Shown here one piece after another: positions 61,449-64,000 of a DNA stretch of 64,000 nt. The translations under genes and the position numbers were made by a program. Under the pieces are notes generated by a model. That model saw nothing but the letters and a program-made list of their open reading frames with translations. It was not told the DNA's origin and searched no databases. The stretch is from Polyangiales bacterium (GTDB taxonomy: Bacteria; Myxococcota_A; Polyangia; Polyangiales; Houyiibacteriaceae), in assembly GCA_041576815.1 (NCBI GenBank), contig JBFGKE010000018.1, positions 50 to 64,049 on the forward strand, given 5' to 3'. The stretch's first letter is position 1. Each line of letters starts with the position of its first letter.

Positions 61449-62954
61449 ATGGCCGAAACGAACGCGGCGATGGGTCAGCGCCTCCGCGAGCTGCGCCTGC
61501 GGCGCGGATTACAGCAAAGCGAGGTGGCTCGGCGCCTCAAGATCTCGCCTGCTTACCTGAGCCTCATCGAAAAGGGCAAGCGGGTCGTTCAGCTCCCACT
61601 CTTGTTTCAAGCCCTCGAGCTGTACGGGGTTGCGGTGGAGGATTTCATGGCGAGCCTCGGGGAGCGCCGCGTCGACGACGGGCTCGCGCGCCTACTCGAC
61701 GAGCCTCTGCTGCGCTCGCTCAACCTGAGCGAGGAAGATTTGGCGAGCATCAGCGCCGAGCCCCGGACCGTGGCGACGATCACGGCGCTGTTCAACCTCT
61801 ATAAGAACACGCGAAGCCAGCTCGATCACGTGATGGCGAGCATGGCGCAGCGCGAGCGGCAGGCGGACGAAGGCTCGGTCCGATTCGACTACAGCCCCTT
61901 CGACGAAGTCACCGATTTCCTCGAACGGCACAACAACTGGTTCGAGCCGCTCGAAGAGCGCGCGCAGCAGTTTCGGCGCGACTGCAAGCTCGGGCGTCGC
62001 GTGACGAGCGACGACCTCGAGCGAGGGCTGCTCGAGCTGGTGGGCGTTCGCGTCCATCGAACGCCCGAGCCCCCGGACAGCTCGGTCATTCGCAGTTGGA
62101 GCTCGGACGAGGGCGTCCTCACCGTGTCGAGCGACCTGTTCGAGCAGCGGCTCAAGTTTCAACTCGCGCACACTATCGCACTCGGCCTGTTCGCCGAGGA
62201 GAAGCTTCACAAGCCGATTCTCGAGGGATACGCCGGTCAGCACACCGAGACCCGAAAGCTGATCAAGATTCACTTGGCGAACTACTTCGCCGGTGCGCTG
62301 CTCCTTCCTTATCCGGAGTTCTATCGCGAGGTGATGGGTACGCGGTACGACGTCGAGCTGTTGGCGCAACTCTTCGAGTCCTCATACGAAACCGTGGCGC
62401 ACCGCATGTGCAATCTCTCCGATCCGCGGCGCCGCGGCGTTCCGATGCACTTCCTTCGCGTCGACGTCGCGGGCAACATCTCGAAGAGATACTCCGGCGA
62501 CGGCATCCGCTTTCCCCACCAGGACGGCTCGTGTCCCAAAATGGCCGTGCATCTCGCGTTTCTGACGCCCAACGTCGTCACGAAGCAGTACTCCGCGTTT
62601 CCGGACGGTTCGACGTACTTCTGCTTCGCGAAGGTCGTGAGCGAGCCTCAGCAGGGATCGCTCGTCAAAGGCACGACCTACAGCATCGGGCTCGGCACGC
62701 ACGCGGACAACGCCAAATACTTCGCATACGCGGACGACATCCCGTTTGCAGACCCCAAGAAGATGGCGGTGCCGGTCGGAACGACATGCCGTTTTTGCGA
62801 GCGAACCGATTGCAATATGCGCTCCGCCCCGAGCTACAAGTTCGCGTTTCGGGTCGACGAATACACCAAAAAGGACAACTTCTTTTCGCCGCTCGTCCGC
62901 GGCGACACCGCCGTCGAGGCACAGAAGCCCGCTCGCCGCAAGCCAACGGCGTGA
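61449..62954 (+). CDS. ScfR/RamB/PrpR-type regulator (XRE HTH plus ImmA/IrrE-like domain plus Cys-containing C-terminal domain)
   Basis: HTH LRELRLRRGLQQSEVARRLKISPAYLSLIEKGKR. Central HxxxH-like region (LAHTIALGLF). C-terminal Cys residues (DGSCPK, CRFCERTDCNM). Divergent from the mutase operon. Confidence 0.75.
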   Translation: MAETNAAMGQRLRELRLRRGLQQSEVARRLKISPAYLSLIEKGKRVVQLPLLFQALELYGVAVEDFMASLGERRVDDGLARLLDEPLLRSLNLSEEDLASISAEPRTVATITALFNLYKNTRSQLDHVMASMAQRERQADEGSVRFDYSPFDEVTDFLERHNNWFEPLEERAQQFRRDCKLGRRVTSDDLERGLLELVGVRVHRTPEPPDSSVIRSWSSDEGVLTVSSDLFEQRLKFQLAHTIALGLFAEEKLHKPILEGYAGQHTETRKLIKIHLANYFAGALLLPYPEFYREVMGTRYDVELLAQLFESSYETVAHRMCNLSDPRRRGVPMHFLRVDVAGNISKRYSGDGIRFPHQDGSCPKMAVHLAFLTPNVVTKQYSAFPDGSTYFCFAKVVSEPQQGSLVKGTTYSIGLGTHADNAKYFAYADDIPFADPKKMAVPVGTTCRFCERTDCNMRSAPSYKFAFRVDEYTKKDNFFSPLVRGDTAVEAQKPARRKPTA

Positions 62955-62978
62955 TATCATCCGGCGCCGGAGGTACGA

Positions 62979-63464
62979 ATGCCGTCGTTCGATGTCGTTT
63001 CGAAAATCGATCCGCACGAGGTCGACAACGCCCGCAATCAGGCGAGCAAAGAAATCGCGCAACGTTATGATTTCAAAGGGACGGACACGACCATCGAAAA
63101 GACCGACGAGGGCATCGTGATTCGCGCCAACAGCGAGGGCCGACTCGACGCTGCCCGCGACGTTCTCGAGACCAAGATGGTTCGCCGGCAGGTCTCGCTG
63201 AAGTCGCTCGACCCACAGGCGCCTCAGCAAGCGGGGGGCCAAATGTGGCGCCAGCTGATCAAGCTCAAAGAAGGTGTATCGAAGGAAAAAGCCAAAGAGA
63301 TCGTCAAGTCGATCAAGGACTCGAAACTGAAGGTTCAGGCGTCGATTCAGGGCGATGCCGTTCGCGTGTCAGGCAAGAAGCGCGACGACCTTCAGGCGGT
63401 CATCGCGCTCTTGAAAGAGGGCGAGTTCGATCTGCCGCTCCAATACGTGAACTTCAGGGACTGA
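62979..63464 (+). CDS. yajQ: YajQ-family nucleotide-binding protein (UPF0234)
   Basis: MPSFDVVSKIDPHEVDNARNQASKEIAQRYDFKG...LQYVNFRD is the canonical YajQ pattern. 161 aa. Confidence 0.9.
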   Translation: MPSFDVVSKIDPHEVDNARNQASKEIAQRYDFKGTDTTIEKTDEGIVIRANSEGRLDAARDVLETKMVRRQVSLKSLDPQAPQQAGGQMWRQLIKLKEGVSKEKAKEIVKSIKDSKLKVQASIQGDAVRVSGKKRDDLQAVIALLKEGEFDLPLQYVNFRD

Positions 63465-63494
63465 GGGTTGACGGACTCCCAAAAGGAGCTGGTC

Positions 63495-64000
63495 GTGGGC
63501 TACCAAGGCACCGAGGGCGCCTATAGCCAGCTCGCGGCGATGCGGCATTTCGAGGGCGCGGCGAAGCCGGTCCGATGCGTCGGCTTTCACAGCTTCCGCG
63601 AGATGCTGGAGGCGGTGAAGGACGGGACCGTCGATTATGCCGTCCTCCCGATCGAGAACTCGATCGCCGGATCGATCAACGAAAGCTACGACCTCCTCGC
63701 CGAGACGGGTCTCTCGCTCGTGGGCGAGGAATACCAGCCGGTCGCGCACTGCCTGATCGGGGCCGAAAGGGTCGAAGTATCGGACATCCGCCGCATCTAC
63801 TCGCATCCAGTCGCGCTCGCGCAGTGCCGGGGATTCCTCGAGACCCTCGAGGATTGCCACGTCGAAGCGTTCGTCGACACGGCCATGGCCGTCGAAAAGG
63901 TCAAACGCGACGCGGACCCGGCACAGGCCGCCATCGCGAGCCAAGAGGCTGCGGCGTTGCACGAGCTACCGATCCTGCGGCGGGAGATCGCGGATCATCC
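63495..64000 (+). CDS. pheA: Prephenate dehydratase, 5' partial (runs off the window)
   Basis: A GTG at 63495 after AAAAGGAG gives VGYQGTEGAYSQLAA...VDYAVLPIENSIAGSINESYDLL...IYSHPVALAQC. TTG at 63468 is an alternative in-frame start. Confidence 0.8.
   Translation, partial: MGYQGTEGAYSQLAAMRHFEGAAKPVRCVGFHSFREMLEAVKDGTVDYAVLPIENSIAGSINESYDLLAETGLSLVGEEYQPVAHCLIGAERVEVSDIRRIYSHPVALAQCRGFLETLEDCHVEAFVDTAMAVEKVKRDADPAQAAIASQEAAALHELPILRREIADH

Overview
This is a GC-rich, densely coding chromosomal window, and the gene content looks like Myxococcota or a related deltaproteobacterial lineage (inference only). I support about 50 protein-coding genes on both strands. I recognised no rRNA, tRNA, CRISPR array, transposase or integrase. 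All calls come from reading the ORF translations and DNA by eye, with no searches run.

Housekeeping genes include sspB, clpP, argE, argA, engB, murJ, hslO, rpsT, holA, nadD, a clpA-like unfoldase, yajQ and the 5' end of pheA.

Accessory blocks worth a second look:
- A carotenoid-oxygenase / LuxR / lipoprotein / ECF sigma cluster (0.3-7.1 kb).
- An AT-rich non-coding island with twin 12-bp palindromes and stacked hairpins between sspB and a clpP-phosphatase operon (8.45-8.93 kb).
- Adjacent HelD-like and SNF2/SWIM ATPases (13-19 kb).
- A tightly overlapped tryptophan-tryptophylquinone (TTQ) amine dehydrogenase operon, mauB-E-D-A plus a monohaem cytochrome c, with no mauG in the window (19.8-23.1 kb).
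- An 11.8-kb same-strand array dominated by two translationally coupled giant TPR proteins with related non-TPR C-termini (37-49 kb). This is my best candidate for an undescribed system.
- Two membrane-anchored sulfatase-superfamily genes plus a GT-C-like gene (50.7-56.6 kb).
- A B12 mutase / MeaB / N-terminally extended acyl-CoA dehydrogenase operon, divergent from an ScfR-type regulator (56.6-63 kb).

A 15-nt palindrome core, AGGGGACWGTCCCCT, recurs three times at gene ends. Most of the very long extra ORFs in the track are antisense shadow ORFs typical of high-GC DNA.
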